Shown here: piece by piece, positions 1 to 15,000 of the stretch
Position numbering within the stretch: position 1 is the stretch's first letter
How the letters are laid out: each line of letters starts with the position of its first letter
DNA from: Eledone cirrhosa
Taxonomy: Eukaryota
Direction: 5' to 3'
Assembly (NCBI GenBank): GCA_964016885.1
Contig: OZ024741.1
Span: 101,246,001-101,310,000 of the forward strand
Length of the DNA: 64,000 bases
Made by a program: the position numbers and the translations under genes
The notes under the pieces: model-generated
The model's input: the letters and a program-made list of their open reading frames with translations, nothing else
Told to the model about the DNA's origin: nothing
Database searches by the model: none

Positions 1-3000
1 GGGGTATTGGAGTCACTGTTGTCAATAATGGTGTTGTTGTTGTTGTTGTTGCTGGAGGGGGTATTGGAGTCACTGTTGTCAATAATGGTGTTGTTTTTGT
101 TGTTGTTGCTGGAGGGGGTATTGGAGTCACTGTTGTCAATAATGGTGTTGTTGTTGTTGTTGGTGCTGGAGGGGGTATTGGAGTCACTGTTGTCAATAAT
201 GGTGTTGTTGTTGTTGTTGTTGCTGGAGGGGGTATTGGAGTCACTGTTGTCAGTAATGGTGTTGTTGTTGTTGTTGTTGCTGGAGGGGGTATTGGAGTCA
301 CTGTTGTCAGTAATGGTGTTGTTGTTGTTGTTGCTGGAGGGGGTATTGGAGTCACTGTTGTCAGTAATGGTGTTGTTGTTGTTGTTGTTGCTGGAGGGGG
401 TATTGGTGTCACTGTTGTCAGTAATGGTGTTGTTGTTGTTGTTGTTGCTGGAGGGGGTATTGGAGTCACTGTTGTCAGTAATGGTGTTGTTGTTGTTGTT
501 GTTGGTGCTGGAGGGGGTATTGGAGTCACTGTTGTCAGTAATGGTGTTGTTGTTGTTGTTGTTGCTGGAGGGGGTATTGGAGTCACTGTTGTCAATAATG
601 GTGTTGTTGTTGTTGTTGTTGCTGGAGGGGGTATTGGAGTCACTGTTGTCAATAATGGTGTTGTTTTTGTTGTTGTTGCTGGAGGGGGTATTGGAGTCAC
701 TGTTGTCAATAATGGTGTTGTTGTTGTTGTTGCTGGAGGGGGTATTGGAGTCACTGTTGTCAGTAATGGTGTTGTTGTTGTTGTTGTTGGTGCTGGAGGG
801 GGTATTGGAGTCACTGTTGTCAGTAATGGTGTTGTTGTTGTTGTTGTTGCTGGAGGGGGTATTGGAGTCACTGTTGTCAATAATGGTGTTGTTGTTGTTG
901 TTGTTGCTGGAGGGGGTATTGGAGTCACTGTTGTCAATAATGGTGTTGTTGTTGTTGTTGCTGGAGGGGGTATTGGAGTCACTGTTGTCAGTAATGGTGT
1001 TGTTGTTGTTGTTGCTGGAGGGGGTATTGGAGTCACTGTTGTCAGTAATGGTGTTGTTGTTGTTGTTGTTGGTGCTGGAGGGGGTATTGGAGTCACTGTT
1101 GTCAGTAATGGTGTTGTTGTTGTTGTTGTTGCTGGAGGGGGTATTGGAGTCACTGTTGTCAATAATGGTGTTGTTGTTGTTGTTGTTGCTGGAGGGGGTA
1201 TTGGAGTCACTGTTGTCAATAATGGTGTTGTTTTTGTTGTTGTTGCTGGAGGGGGTATTGGAGTCACTGTTGTCAATAATGGTGTTGTTGTTGTTGTTGC
1301 TGGAGGGGGTATTGGAGTCACTGTTGTCAGTAATGGTGTTGTTGTTGTTGTTGCTGGAGGGGGTATTGGAGTCACTGTTGTCAATAATGGTGTTGTTTTT
1401 GTTGTTGCTGGAGGGGGTATTGGAGTCACTGTTGTCAGTAATGGTGTTGTTGTTGTTGTTGCTGGAGGGGGTATTGGAGTCACTGTTGTCAATAATGGTG
1501 TTGTTGTTGTTGTTGCTGGAGGAGGTATTGGAGTCACTGTTGTCAGTAATGGTGTTGTTGTTGTTGTTGTTGCTGGAGGGGGTATTGGAGTCACTGTTGT
1601 CAATAATGGTGTTGTTGTTGTTGTTGTTGGTGGAGGGGGTATTGGAGTCACTGTTGTCAGTAATGGTGTTGTTGATGTTGTTGTTGCTGGAGGGGGTATT
1701 GGAGTCACTGTTGTCAGTAATGGTGTTGTTGTTGTTGTTGTTGCTGGAGGGGGTATTGGAGTCACTGTTGTCAGTAATGGTGTTGTTGTTGTTGTTGTTG
1801 CTGGAGGGGGTATTGGAGTCACTGTTGTCAATAATGGTGTTGTTGTTGTTGTTGTTGCTGGAGGGGGTATTGGAGTCACTGTTGTCAATAATGGTGTTGT
1901 TGTTGTTGTTGTTGCTGGAGGAGGTATTGGAGTCACTGTTGTCAGTAATGGTGTTGTTGTTGTTGTTGTTGCTGGAGGAGGTATTGGAGTCACTGTTGTC
2001 AGTAATGGTGTTGTTGTTGTTGTTGTTGCTGGAGGGGGTATTGGAGTCACTGTTGTCAGTAATGGTGTTGTTGTTGTTGTTGTTGCTGGAGGAGATATTG
2101 GAGTCACTGTTGTCAGTAATGGTGTTGTTGTTGTTGTTGTTGCTGGAGGGGGTATTGGAGTCACTGTTGTCAATAATGGTGTTGTTGTTGTTGCTGGAGG
2201 AGGTATTGGAGTCACTGTTGTCAATAATGGTGTTGTTGTTGTTGTTGTTGCTGGAGGGGGTATTGGAGTCACTGTTGTCAATAATGGTGTTGTTGTTGTT
2301 GTTGTTGCTGGAGGGGGTATTGGAGTCACTGTTGTCAGTAATGGTGTTGTTGTTGTTGTTGTTGCTGGAGGGGGTATTGGAGTCACTGTTGTCAATAATG
2401 GTGTTGTTGTTGTTGTTGCTGGAGGGGGTATTGGAGTCACTGTTGTCAATAATGGTGTTGTTGTTGTTGTTGTTGCTGGAGGGGGTATTGGAGTCACTGT
2501 TGTCAGTAATGGTGTTGTTGTTGTTGTTGTTGCTGGAGGGGGTATTGGGGTCACTGTTGTCAATAATGGTGTTGTTGTTGTTGTTGCTGGAGGAGGTATT
2601 GGAGTTACTGTTGTCAATAATGGTGTTGTTGTTGTTGTTGCTGGAGGGGGTATTGGAGTCACTGTTGTCAATAATGGTGTTGTTGTTGTTATTGTTGCTG
2701 GAGGGGGTATTGGAGTCACTGTTGTCAATAATGGTGTTGTTGTTGTTGTTGCTGCTGGAGGGGGTATTGGAGTCACTGTTGTCAATAATGGTGTTGTTGT
2801 TGTTGTTGTTGCTGGAGGGGGTATTGGAGTCACTGTTGTCAGTAATGGTGTTGTTGTTGTTGTTGTTGCTGGAGGGGGTATTGGAGTCACTGTTGTCAAT
2901 AATGGTGTTGTTGTTGTTGTTGTTGCTGGAGGGGGTATTGGAGTCACTGTTGTCAGTAATGGTGTTGTTGTTGTTGTTGTTGCTGGAGGGGGTATTGGAG

Positions 3001-6000
3001 TCACTGTTGTCAGTAATGGTGTTGTTGTTGTTGTTGTTGCTGGAGGGGGTATTGGAGTCACTGTTGTCAATAATGGTGTTGTTGTTGTTGTTGCTGGAGG
3101 GGGTATTGGAGTCACTGTTGTCAATAATGGTGTTGTTGTTGTTGTTGTTGCTGGAGGGGGTATTGGCGTCACTGTTGTCAATAATGGTGTTGTTGTTGTT
3201 GTTGTTGCTGGAGGGGGTATTGGAGTCACTGTTGTCAGTAATGGTGTTGTTGTTGTTGTTGTTGCTTGAGGGGGTATTGGAGTCACTGTTGTCAGTAATG
3301 GTGTTGTTGTTGTTGTTGCTGGAGGGGGTATTGGAGTCACTGTTGTCAATAATGGTGTTGTTGTTGTTGTTGTTGCTGGAGGGGGTATTGGAGTCACTGT
3401 TGTCAGTAATGGTGTTGTTGTTGTTGTTGTTGCTGGAGGGGGTATTGGAGTCACTGTTGTCAATAATGGTGTTGTTGTTGTTGTTGCTGGAGGAGGTATT
3501 GGAGTCACTGTTGTCAATAATGGTGTTGTTGTTGTTGTTGCTGGAGGGGGTATTGGAGTCACTGTTGTCAATAATGATGTTGTTGTTGTTGTTGCTGGAG
3601 GGGGTATTGGAGTCACTTTTGTCAATAATGGTGTTGTTGTTGTTGTTGTTGCTGGAGGGGGTATTGGAGTCACTGTTGTCAGTAATAGGTGTTGTTGTTG
3701 TTGTTGTTGCTGGAGGAGGTATTGGAGTCACTGTTGTCAATAATGGTGTTGTTGTTGTTGTTGTTGGAGGAGGTATTGGAGTCACTGTTGTCAGTAATGG
3801 TGTTGTTGTTGTTGTTGTTGCTGGAGGGGGTATTGGAGTCACTGTTGTCAATAATGGTGTTGTTGTTGTTGTTGCTGGAGGAGGTATTGGAGTCACTGTT
3901 GTCAATAATGGTGTTGTTGTTGTTGTTGTTGCTGGAGGGGGTATTGGAGTCACTGTTGTCAATAATGGTGTTGTTGTTGTTGTTGCTGGAGGGGGTATTG
4001 GAGTCACTGTTTTCAGTAATGGTGTTGTTGTTGTTGTTGCTGGAGGGGTTATTGGAGTCACTGTTGTCAATAATGGTGTTGTTGTTTTTGTTGCTGGAGG
4101 GGGTATTGGAGTCACTGTTGTCAATAATGGTGGTATTGTTGTTGTTGTTGTTGCTGGAGGAGGTATTGGAGTCACTGTTGTCAGTAATGGTGTTGTTGTT
4201 GTTGTTGCTGGAGGGGGTATTGGAGTCACTGTTGTCAATAATGGTGTTGTTGTTGTTGTTGTTGCTGGAGGGGGTATTGGAGTCACTGTTGTCAGTAATG
4301 GTGTTGTTGTTGTTGTTGCTGGAGGGGGTATTGGAGTCACTGTTGTCAATAATGGTGTTGTTGTTGTTGTTGTTGCTGGAGGGGGTATTGGAGTCACTGT
4401 TGTCAGTAATGGTGTTGTTGTTGTTGTTGTTGCTGGAGGGGGTATTGGAGTCACTGTTGTCAGTAATGGTGTTGTTGTTGTTGTTGCTGGAGGGGGTATT
4501 GGAGTCACTGTTGTCAATAATGGTGTTGTTGTTGTTGTTGTTGCTGGAGGGGGTATTGGAGTCACTGTTGTCAGTAATGGTGTTGTTGTTGTTGTTGTTG
4601 CTGGAGGGGGTATTGGAGTCACTGTTGTCAGTAATGGTGTTGTTGTTGTTGTTGTTGTTGCTGGAGGAGGTATTGGAGTCACTGTTGTCAGTAATGGTGT
4701 TGTTGTTGTTGTTGTTGCTGGAGGGGGTATTGGAGTCACTGTTGTCAGTAATGGTGTTGTTGTTGTTGTTGTTGTTGCTGGAGGGGGTATTGGAGTCACT
4801 GTTGTCAGTAATGGTGTTGTTGTTGTTGTTGTTGCTGGAGGGGGTATTGGAGTCACTGTTGTCAATAATGGTGTTGTTGTTGTTGTTGTTGCTGGAGGAG
4901 GTATTGGAGTCACTGTTGTCAGTAATGGTGTTGTTGTTGTTGTTGCTGGAGGGGGTATTGGAGTCACTGTTGTCAGTAATAGTGTTGTTGATGTTGTTGT
5001 TGTTGCTGGAGGGGGTATTGGAGTCACTGTTGTCAGTAATGGTGTTGTTGTTGTTGTTGCTGGAGGGGGTATTGGAGTCACTGTTGTCAGTAATGGTGTT
5101 GTTGTTGTTGTTGTTGCTGGAGGAGGTATTGGAGTCACTGTTGTCAGTAATGGTGTTGTTGTTGTTGTTGTTGCTGGAGGAGGTATTGGAGTCACTGTTG
5201 TCAGTAATGGTGTTGTTGTTGTTGTTGTTGCTGGAGGGGGTATTGGAGTCACTGTTGTCAATAATGGTGTTGTTGTTGTTGTTGCTGGAGGGGGTATTGG
5301 AGTCACTGTTGTCAATAATGGTGTTGTTGTTGTTGTTGCTGGAGGGGGTATTGGAGTCACTGTTGTCAATAATGGTGTTGTTGTTGTTGTTGTTGCTGGA
5401 GAGGGTATTGGAGTCACTGTTGTCAGTAATGGTGTTGTTGTTGTTGTTGCAGGAGGAGGTATTGGCGTCACTGTTGTCAGTAATGGTGTTGTTGTTGTTG
5501 TTGTTGTTGCTGGAGGAGGTATTGGAGTCACTGTTGTCAGTAATGGTGTTGTTGTTGTTGTTGCTGGAGGGGGTATTGGAGTCACTGTTGTCAATAATGG
5601 TGTTGTTGTTGTTGTTGCTGGAGGGGGTATTGGAGTCACTGTTGTCAATAATGGTGTTGTTGTTGTTGTTGCTGGAGGGGGTATTGGAGTCACTGTTGTC
5701 AATAATGGTGTTGTTGTTGTTGTTGTTGCTGGAGGGGGTATTGGAGTCACTGTTGTCAGTAATGGTGTTGTTGTTGTTGTTGTTGTTGCTGGAGGAGGTA
5801 TTGGAGTCACTGTTGTCAGTAATGGTGTTGTTGTTGTTGTTGCTGGAGGGGGTATTGGAGTCACTGTTGTCAATAATGGTGTTGTTGTTGTTGTTGCTGG
5901 AGGGGGTATTGGAGTCACTGTTGTCAGTAATGGTGTTGTTGTTGTTGTTGTTGCTGGAGGGTGTATTGGAGTCACTGTTGTCAATAATGGTGTTGTTGTT

Positions 6001-9000
6001 GTTGTTGTTGCTGGAGGGGGTATTGGAGTCACTGTTGTCAGTAATGGTGTTGTTGTTGTTGTTGTTGTTGCTGGAGGAGGTATTGGAGTCACTGTTGTCA
6101 GTAATGGTGTTGTTGTTGTTGTTGCTGGAGGGGGTATTGGAGTCACTGTTGTCAATAATGGTGTTGTTGTTGTTGTTGCTGGAGGGGGTATTGGAGTCAC
6201 TGTTGTCAATAATGGTGTTGTTGTTGTTGTTGTTGCTGGAGGGGGTATTGGAGTCACTGTTGTCAATAATGGTGTTGTTGTTGTTGTTGTTGCTGGAGGG
6301 GGTATTGGAGTCACTGTTGTCAATAATGGTGTTGTTGTTGTTGTTGTTGCTGGAGGGGGTATTGGAGTCACTGTTGTCAGTAATGGTGTTGTTGTTGTTG
6401 TTGTTGCTGGAGGGGGTATTGGAGTCACTGTTGTCAATAATGGTGTTGTTGTTGTTGTTGTTGCTGGAGGGGGTATTGGAGTCACTGTTGTCAATAATGG
6501 TGTTGTTGTTGTTGTTGTTGCTGGAGGGGGTATTGGAGTCACTGTTGTCAGTAATGGTGTTGTTGTTGTTGTTGTTGCTGGAGGGGGTATTGGAGTCACT
6601 CTTGTAAATAATGGTGTTGTTGTTGTTGTTGCTGGAGGGGGTATTGGAGTCACTGTTGTCAATAATGGTGTTGTTGTTGTTGTTGTTGCTGGAGGGGGTA
6701 TTGGAGTCACTGTTGTCAATAATGGTGTTGTTTTTGTTGTTGTTGCTGGAGGGGGTATTGGAGTCACTGTTGTCAATAATGGTGTTGTTGTTGTTGTTGG
6801 TGCTGGAGGGGGTATTGGAGTCACTGTTGTCAATAATGGTGTTGTTGTTGTTGTTGTTGCTGGAGGGGGTATTGGAGTCACTGTTGTCAGTAATGGTGTT
6901 GTTGTTGTTGTTGTTGCTGGAGGGGGTATTGGAGTCACTGTTGTCAGTAATGGTGTTGTTGTTGTTGTTGCTGGAGGGGGTATTGGAGTCACTGTTGTCA
7001 GTAATGGTGTTGTTGTTGTTGTTGTTGCTGGAGGGGGTATTGGTGTCACTGTTGTCAGTAATGGTGTTGTTGTTGTTGTTGTTGCTGGAGGGGGTATTGG
7101 AGTCACTGTTGTCAGTAATGGTGTTGTTGTTGTTGTTGTTGGTGCTGGAGGGGGTATTGGAGTCACTGTTGTCAGTAATGGTGTTGTTGTTGTTGTTGTT
7201 GCTGGAGGGGGTATTGGAGTCACTGTTGTCAATAATGGTGTTGTTGTTGTTGTTGTTGCTGGAGGGGGTATTGGAGTCACTGTTGTCAATAATGGTGTTG
7301 TTTTTGTTGTTGTTGCTGGAGGGGGTATTGGAGTCACTGTTGTCAATAATGGTGTTGTTGTTGTTGTTGCTGGAGGGGGTATTGGAGTCACTGTTGTCAG
7401 TAATGGTGTTGTTGTTGTTGTTGTTGGTGCTGGAGGGGGTATTGGAGTCACTGTTGTCAGTAATGGTGTTGTTGTTGTTGTTGTTGCTGGAGGGGGTATT
7501 GGAGTCACTGTTGTCAATAATGGTGTTGTTGTTGTTGTTGTTGCTGGAGGGGGTATTGGAGTCACTGTTGTCAATAATGGTGTTGTTGTTGTTGTTGCTG
7601 GAGGGGGTATTGGAGTCACTGTTGTCAGTAATGGTGTTGTTGTTGTTGTTGCTGGAGGGGGTATTGGAGTCACTGTTGTCAGTAATGGTGTTGTTGTTGT
7701 TGTTGTTGGTGCTGGAGGGGGTATTGGAGTCACTGTTGTCAGTAATGGTGTTGTTGTTGTTGTTGTTGCTGGAGGGGGTATTGGAGTCACTGTTGTCAAT
7801 AATGGTGTTGTTGTTGTTGTTGTTGCTGGAGGGGGTATTGGAGTCACTGTTGTCAATAATGGTGTTGTTTTTGTTGTTGTTGCTGGAGGGGGTATTGGAG
7901 TCACTGTTGTCAATAATGGTGTTGTTGTTGTTGTTGCTGGAGGGGGTATTGGAGTCACTGTTGTCAGTAATGGTGTTGTTGTTGTTGTTGCTGGAGGGGG
8001 TATTGGAGTCACTGTTGTCAATAATGGTGTTGTTTTTGTTGTTGCTGGAGGGGGTATTGGAGTCACTGTTGTCAGTAATGGTGTTGTTGTTGTTGTTGCT
8101 GGAGGGGGTATTGGAGTCACTGTTGTCAATAATGGTGTTGTTGTTGTTGTTGCTGGAGGAGGTATTGGAGTCACTGTTGTCAGTAATGGTGTTGTTGTTG
8201 TTGTTGTTGCTGGAGGGGGTATTGGAGTCACTGTTGTCAATAATGGTGTTGTTGTTGTTGTTGTTGGTGGAGGGGGTATTGGAGTCACTGTTGTCAGTAA
8301 TGGTGTTGTTGATGTTGTTGTTGCTGGAGGGGGTATTGGAGTCACTGTTGTCAGTAATGGTGTTGTTGTTGTTGTTGTTGCTGGAGGGGGTATTGGAGTC
8401 ACTGTTGTCAGTAATGGTGTTGTTGTTGTTGTTGTTGCTGGAGGGGGTATTGGAGTCACTGTTGTCAATAATGGTGTTGTTGTTGTTGTTGTTGCTGGAG
8501 GGGGTATTGGAGTCACTGTTGTCAATAATGGTGTTGTTGTTGTTGTTGTTGCTGGAGGAGGTATTGGAGTCACTGTTGTCAGTAATGGTGTTGTTGTTGT
8601 TGTTGTTGCTGGAGGAGGTATTGGAGTCACTGTTGTCAGTAATGGTGTTGTTGTTGTTGTTGTTGCTGGAGGGGGTATTGGAGTCACTGTTGTCAGTAAT
8701 GGTGTTGTTGTTGTTGTTGTTGCTGGAGGAGATATTGGAGTCACTGTTGTCAGTAATGGTGTTGTTGTTGTTGTTGTTGCTGGAGGGGGTATTGGAGTCA
8801 CTGTTGTCAATAATGGTGTTGTTGTTGTTGCTGGAGGAGGTATTGGAGTCACTGTTGTCAATAATGGTGTTGTTGTTGTTGTTGTTGCTGGAGGGGGTAT
8901 TGGAGTCACTGTTGTCAATAATGGTGTTGTTGTTGTTGTTGTTGCTGGAGGGGGTATTGGAGTCACTGTTGTCAGTAATGGTGTTGTTGTTGTTGTTGTT

Positions 9001-12000
9001 GCTGGAGGGGGTATTGGAGTCACTGTTGTCAATAATGGTGTTGTTGTTGTTGTTGCTGGAGGGGGTATTGGAGTCACTGTTGTCAATAATGGTGTTGTTG
9101 TTGTTGTTGTTGCTGGAGGGGGTATTGGAGTCACTGTTGTCAGTAATGGTGTTGTTGTTGTTGTTGTTGCTGGAGGGGGTATTGGGGTCACTGTTGTCAA
9201 TAATGGTGTTGTTGTTGTTGTTGCTGGAGGAGGTATTGGAGTTACTGTTGTCAATAATGGTGTTGTTGTTGTTGTTGCTGGAGGGGGTATTGGAGTCACT
9301 GTTGTCAATAATGGTGTTGTTGTTGTTATTGTTGCTGGAGGGGGTATTGGAGTCACTGTTGTCAATAATGGTGTTGTTGTTGTTGTTGCTGCTGGAGGGG
9401 GTATTGGAGTCACTGTTGTCAATAATGGTGTTGTTGTTGTTGTTGTTGCTGGAGGGGGTATTGGAGTCACTGTTGTCAGTAATGGTGTTGTTGTTGTTGT
9501 TGTTGCTGGAGGGGGTATTGGAGTCACTGTTGTCAATAATGGTGTTGTTGTTGTTGTTGTTGCTGGAGGGGGTATTGGAGTCACTGTTGTCAGTAATGGT
9601 GTTGTTGTTGTTGTTGTTGCTGGAGGGGGTATTGGAGTCACTGTTGTCAGTAATGGTGTTGTTGTTGTTGTTGTTGCTGGAGGGGGTATTGGAGTCACTG
9701 TTGTCAATAATGGTGTTGTTGTTGTTGTTGCTGGAGGGGGTATTGGAGTCACTGTTGTCAATAATGGTGTTGTTGTTGTTGTTGTTGCTGGAGGGGGTAT
9801 TGGCGTCACTGTTGTCAATAATGGTGTTGTTGTTGTTGTTGTTGCTGGAGGGGGTATTGGAGTCACTGTTGTCAGTAATGGTGTTGTTGTTGTTGTTGTT
9901 GCTTGAGGGGGTATTGGAGTCACTGTTGTCAGTAATGGTGTTGTTGTTGTTGTTGCTGGAGGGGGTATTGGAGTCACTGTTGTCAATAATGGTGTTGTTG
10001 TTGTTGTTGTTGCTGGAGGGGGTATTGGAGTCACTGTTGTCAGTAATGGTGTTGTTGTTGTTGTTGTTGCTGGAGGGGGTATTGGAGTCACTGTTGTCAA
10101 TAATGGTGTTGTTGTTGTTGTTGCTGGAGGAGGTATTGGAGTCACTGTTGTCAATAATGGTGTTGTTGTTGTTGTTGCTGGAGGGGGTATTGGAGTCACT
10201 GTTGTCAATAATGATGTTGTTGTTGTTGTTGCTGGAGGGGGTATTGGAGTCACTTTTGTCAATAATGGTGTTGTTGTTGTTGTTGTTGCTGGAGGGGGTA
10301 TTAGAGTCACTGTTGTCAGTAATAGGTGTTGTTGTTGTTGTTGTTGCTGGAGGAGGTATTGGAGTCACTGTTGTCAATAATGGTGTTGTTGTTGTTGTTG
10401 TTGGAGGAGGTATTGGAGTCACTGTTGTCAGTAATGGTGTTGTTGTTGTTGTTGTTGCTGGAGGGGGTATTGGAGTCACTGTTGTCAATAATGGTGTTGT
10501 TGTTGTTGTTGCTGGAGGAGGTATTGGAGTCACTGTTGTCAATAATGGTGTTGTTGTTGTTGTTGTTGCTGGAGGGGGTATTGGAGTCACTGTTGTCAAT
10601 AATGGTGTTGTTGTTGTTGTTGCTGGAGGGGGTATTGGAGTCACTGTTTTCAGTAATGGTGTTGTTGTTGTTGTTGCTGGAGGGGTTATTGGAGTCACTG
10701 TTGTCAATAATGGTGTTGTTGTTGTTGTTGCTGGAGGGGGTATTGGAGTCACTGTTGTCAATAATGGTGTTGTTGTTGTTGTTGTTGCTGGAGGGGGGTA
10801 TTGGAGTTACTGTTGTCAGTAATGGTGTTGTTGTTGTTGTTGTTGCTGGAGGGGGTATTGGAGTCACTGTTTTCAGTAATGTTGTTGTTGTTGTTGCTGG
10901 AGGGGGTATTGGAGTCACTGTTTTCAGTAATGGTGTTGTTGTTGTTGTTGCTGGAGGAGGTATTGGAGTCACTGTTGTCAATAATGGTGTTGTTGTTGTT
11001 GTTGCTGGAGGGGGTATTGGAGTCACTGTTGTCAGTAATGGTGTTGTTGTTGTTGTTGTTGCTGGAGGGGGTATTGGAGTCACTGTTGTCAGTATGGTGT
11101 TGTTGTTGTTGTTGTTGCTGGAGGGGGTATTGGAGTCACTGTTGTCAATAATGGTGTTGTTGTTGTTGTTGTTGCTGGAGGGGGTATTGGAGTCACTGTT
11201 GTCAATAATGGTGTTGTTGTTGTTGTTGTTGTTGCTGGAGGAGGTATTGGAGTCACTGTTGTCAGTAATGGTGTTGTTGTTGTTGTTGTTGCTGGAGGAG
11301 GTATTGGAGTCACTGTTGTCAGTAATGGTGTTGTTGATGTTGTTGTTGCTGGAGGGGGTATTGGAGTCACTGTTGTCAGTAATGGTGTTGTTGTTGTTGT
11401 TGTTGCTGGAGGGGGTATTGGAGTCACTGTTGTCAGTAATGGTGTTGTTGTTGTTGTTGTTGCTGGAGGGGGTATTGGAGTCACTGTTGTCAATAATGGT
11501 GTTGTTGTTGTTGTTGCTGGAGGGGGTATTGGAGTCACTGTTGTCAATAATGGTGTTGTTGTTGTTGTTGTTGCTGGAGGAGGTATTGGAGTCACTGTTG
11601 TCAGTAATGGTGTTGTTGTTGTTGTTGTTGCTGGAGGAGATATTGGAGTCACTGTTGTCAGTAATGGTGTTGTTGTTGTTGTTGTTGCTGGAGGGGGTAT
11701 TGGAGTCACTGTTGTCAATAATGGTGTTGTTGTTGTTGCTGGAGGAGGTATTGGAGTCACTGTTGTCAATAATGGTGTTGTTGTTGTTGTTGTTGCTGGA
11801 GGGGGTATTGGAGTCACTGTTGTCAATAATGGTGTTGTTGTTGTTGTTGTTGCTGGAGGGGGTATTGGAGTCACTGTTGTCAGTAATGGTGTTGTTGTTG
11901 TTGTTGTTGCTGGAGGGGGTATTGGAGTCACTGTTGTCAATAATGGTGTTGTTGTTGTTGTTGCTGGAGGGGGTATTGGAGTCACTGTTGTCAATAATGG

Positions 12001-15000
12001 TGTTGTTGTTGTTGTTGTTGCTGGAGGGGGTATTGGAGTCACTGTTGTCAGTAATGGTGTTGTTGTTGTTGTTGTTGCTGGAGGGGGTATTGGAGTCACT
12101 GTTGTCAATAATGGTGTTGTTGTTGTTGTTGCTGGAGGAGGTATTGGAGTTACTGTTGTCAATAATGGTGTTGTTGTTGTTGTTGCTGGAGGGGGTATTG
12201 GAGTCACTGTTGTCAATAATGGTGTTGTTGTTGTTATTGTTGCTGGAGGGGGTATTGGAGTCACTGTTGTCAATAATGGTGTTGTTGTTGTTGTTGCTGC
12301 TGGAGGGGGTGTTGGAGTCACTGTTGTCAATAATGGTGTTGTTGTTGTTGTTGTTGCTGGAGGGGGTATTGGAGTCACTGTTGTCAGTAATGGTGTTGTT
12401 GTTGTTGTTGTTGCTGGAGGGGGTATTGGAGTCACTGTTGTCAGTAATGGTGTTGTTGTTGTTGTTGTTGCTGGAGGAGGTATTGGAGTCACTGTTGTCA
12501 ATAATGGTGTTGTTGTTGTTGTTGCTGGAGGGGGTATTGGAGTCACTGTTGTCAATAATGGTGTTGTTGTTGTTGTTGGTGCTGGAGGGGGTATTGGAGT
12601 CACTGTTGTCAATAATGGTGTTGTTGTTGTTGTTGGTGCTGGAGGGGGTATTGGAGTCACTGTTGTCAATAATGGTGTTGTTGTTGTTGTTGTTGCTGGA
12701 GGGGGTATTGGAGTCACTGTTGTCAGTAATGGTGTTGTTGTTGTTGTTGTTGTTGCTGGAGGGGGTATTGGAGTCACTGTTGTCAATAATGGTGTTGTTG
12801 TTGTTGTTGGTGCTGGAGGGGGTATTGGAGTCACTGTTGTCAATAATGGTGTTGTTGTTGTTGTTGTTGCTGGAGGGGGTATTGGAGTCACTGTTGTCAG
12901 TAATGGTGTTGTTGTTGTTGTTGTTGTTGCTGGAGGGGGTATTGGAGTCACTGTTGTCAGTAATGGTGTTGTTGTTGTTGTTGTTGCTGGAGGGGGTATT
13001 GGAGTCACTGTTGTCAATAATGGTGTTGTTGTTGTTGTTGCTGGAGGGGGTATTGGAGTCACTGTTGTCAATAATGGTGTTGTTGTTGTTGTTGTTGCTG
13101 GAGGGGGTATTGGAGTCACTGTTGTCAATAATGGTGTTGTTGTTGTTGTTGTTGCTGGAGGGGGTATTGGAGTCACTGTTGTCAGTAATGGTGTTGTTGT
13201 TGTTGTTGTTGCTTGAGGGGGTATTGGAGTCACTGTTGTCAGTAATGGTGTTGTTGTTGTTGTTGCTGGAGGGGGTATTGGAGTCACTGTTGTCAATAAT
13301 GGTGTTGTTGTTGTTGTTGTTGCTGGAGGGGGTATTGGAGTCACTGTTGTCAGTAATGGTGTTGTTGTTGTTGTTGTTGCTGGAGGGGGTATTGGAGTCA
13401 CTGTTGTCAATAATGGTGTTGTTGTTGTTGTTGCTGGAGGAGGTATTGGAGTCACTGTTGTCAATAATGGTGTTGTTGTTGTTGTTGCTGGAGGGGGTAT
13501 TGGAGTCACTGTTGTCAATAATGATGTTGTTGTTGTTGTTGCTGGAGGGGGTATTGGAGTCACTTTTGTCAATAATGGTGTTGTTGTTGTTGTTGTTGCT
13601 GGAGGGGGTATTGGAGTCACTGTTGTCAGTAATAGGTGTTGTTGTTGTTGTTGTTGCTGGAGGAGGTATTGGAGTCACTGTTGTCAATAATGGTGTTGTT
13701 GTTGTTGTTGTTGGAGGAGGTATTGGAGTCACCGTTGTCAGTAATGGTGTTGTTGTTGTTGTTGTTGCTGGAGGGGGTATTGGAGTCACTGTTGTCAATA
13801 ATGGTGTTGTTGTTGTTGTTGCTGGAGGAGGTATTGGAGTCACTGTTGTCAATAATGGTGTTGTTGTTGTTGTTGCTGGAGGAGGTATTGGAGTCACTGT
13901 TGTCAATAATGGTGTTGTTGTTGTTGTTGCTGGAGGAGGTATTGGAGTCACTGTTGTCAATAATGGTGTTGTTGTTGTTGTTGTTGCTGGAGGGGGTATT
14001 GGAGTCACTGTTGTCAATAATGGTGTTGTTGTTGTTGTTGCTGGAGGAGGTATTGGAGTCACTGTTGTCAATAATGGTGTTGTTGTTGTTGTTGTTGCTG
14101 GAGGGGGTATTGGAGTCACTGTTGTCAATAATGGTGTTGTTGTTGTTGTTGCTGGAGGGGGTATTGGAGTCACTGTTTTCAGTAATGGTGTTGTTGTTGT
14201 TGTTGCTGGAGGGGTTATTGGAGTCACTGTTGTCAATAATGGTGTTGTTGTTGTTGTTGCTGGAGGGGGTATTGGAGTCACTGTTGTCAGTAATGGTGTT
14301 GTTGTTGTTGTTGTTGCTGGAGGGGGTATTGGAGTCACTGTTTTCAGTAATGGTGTTGTTGTTGTTGCTGGAGGGGGTATTGGAGTCACTGTTTTCAGTA
14401 ATGGTGTTGTTGTTGTTGTTGCTGGAGGAGGTATTGGAGTCACTGTTGTCAATAATGGTGTTGTTGTTGTTGTTGCTGGAGGGGGTATTGGAGTCACTGT
14501 TGTCAATAATGGTGTTGTTGTTGTTGTTGTTGCTGGAGGGGGTATTGGAGTAACTGTTGTCAGTAATGGTGTTGTTGTTTTTGTTGCTGGAGGAGGTATT
14601 GGAGTCACTGTTGTCAATAATGGTGTTGTTGGTGTTGTTGTTGCTGGAGGGGGTATTGGAGTCACTGTTGTCAGTAATGGTGTTGTTGTTGTTGTTGTTG
14701 CTGGAGGGGGTATTGGAGTCACTGTTGTCAATAATGGTGTTGTTGTTGTTGTTGCTGGAGGAGGTATTGGAGTTACTGTTGTCAATAATGGTGTTGTTGT
14801 TGTTGTTGCTGGAGGGGGTATTGGAGTCACTGTTGTCAATAATGGTGTTGTTGTTGTTGTTGTTGCTGGAGGGGGTATTGGAGTCACTGTTGTCAGTAAT
14901 GGTGTTGTTGTTGTTGTTGCTGGAGGAGGTATTGGAGTCACTGTTGTCAATAATGGTGTTGTTGTTGTTGTTGTTGCTGGAGGGGGTATTGGAGTCACTG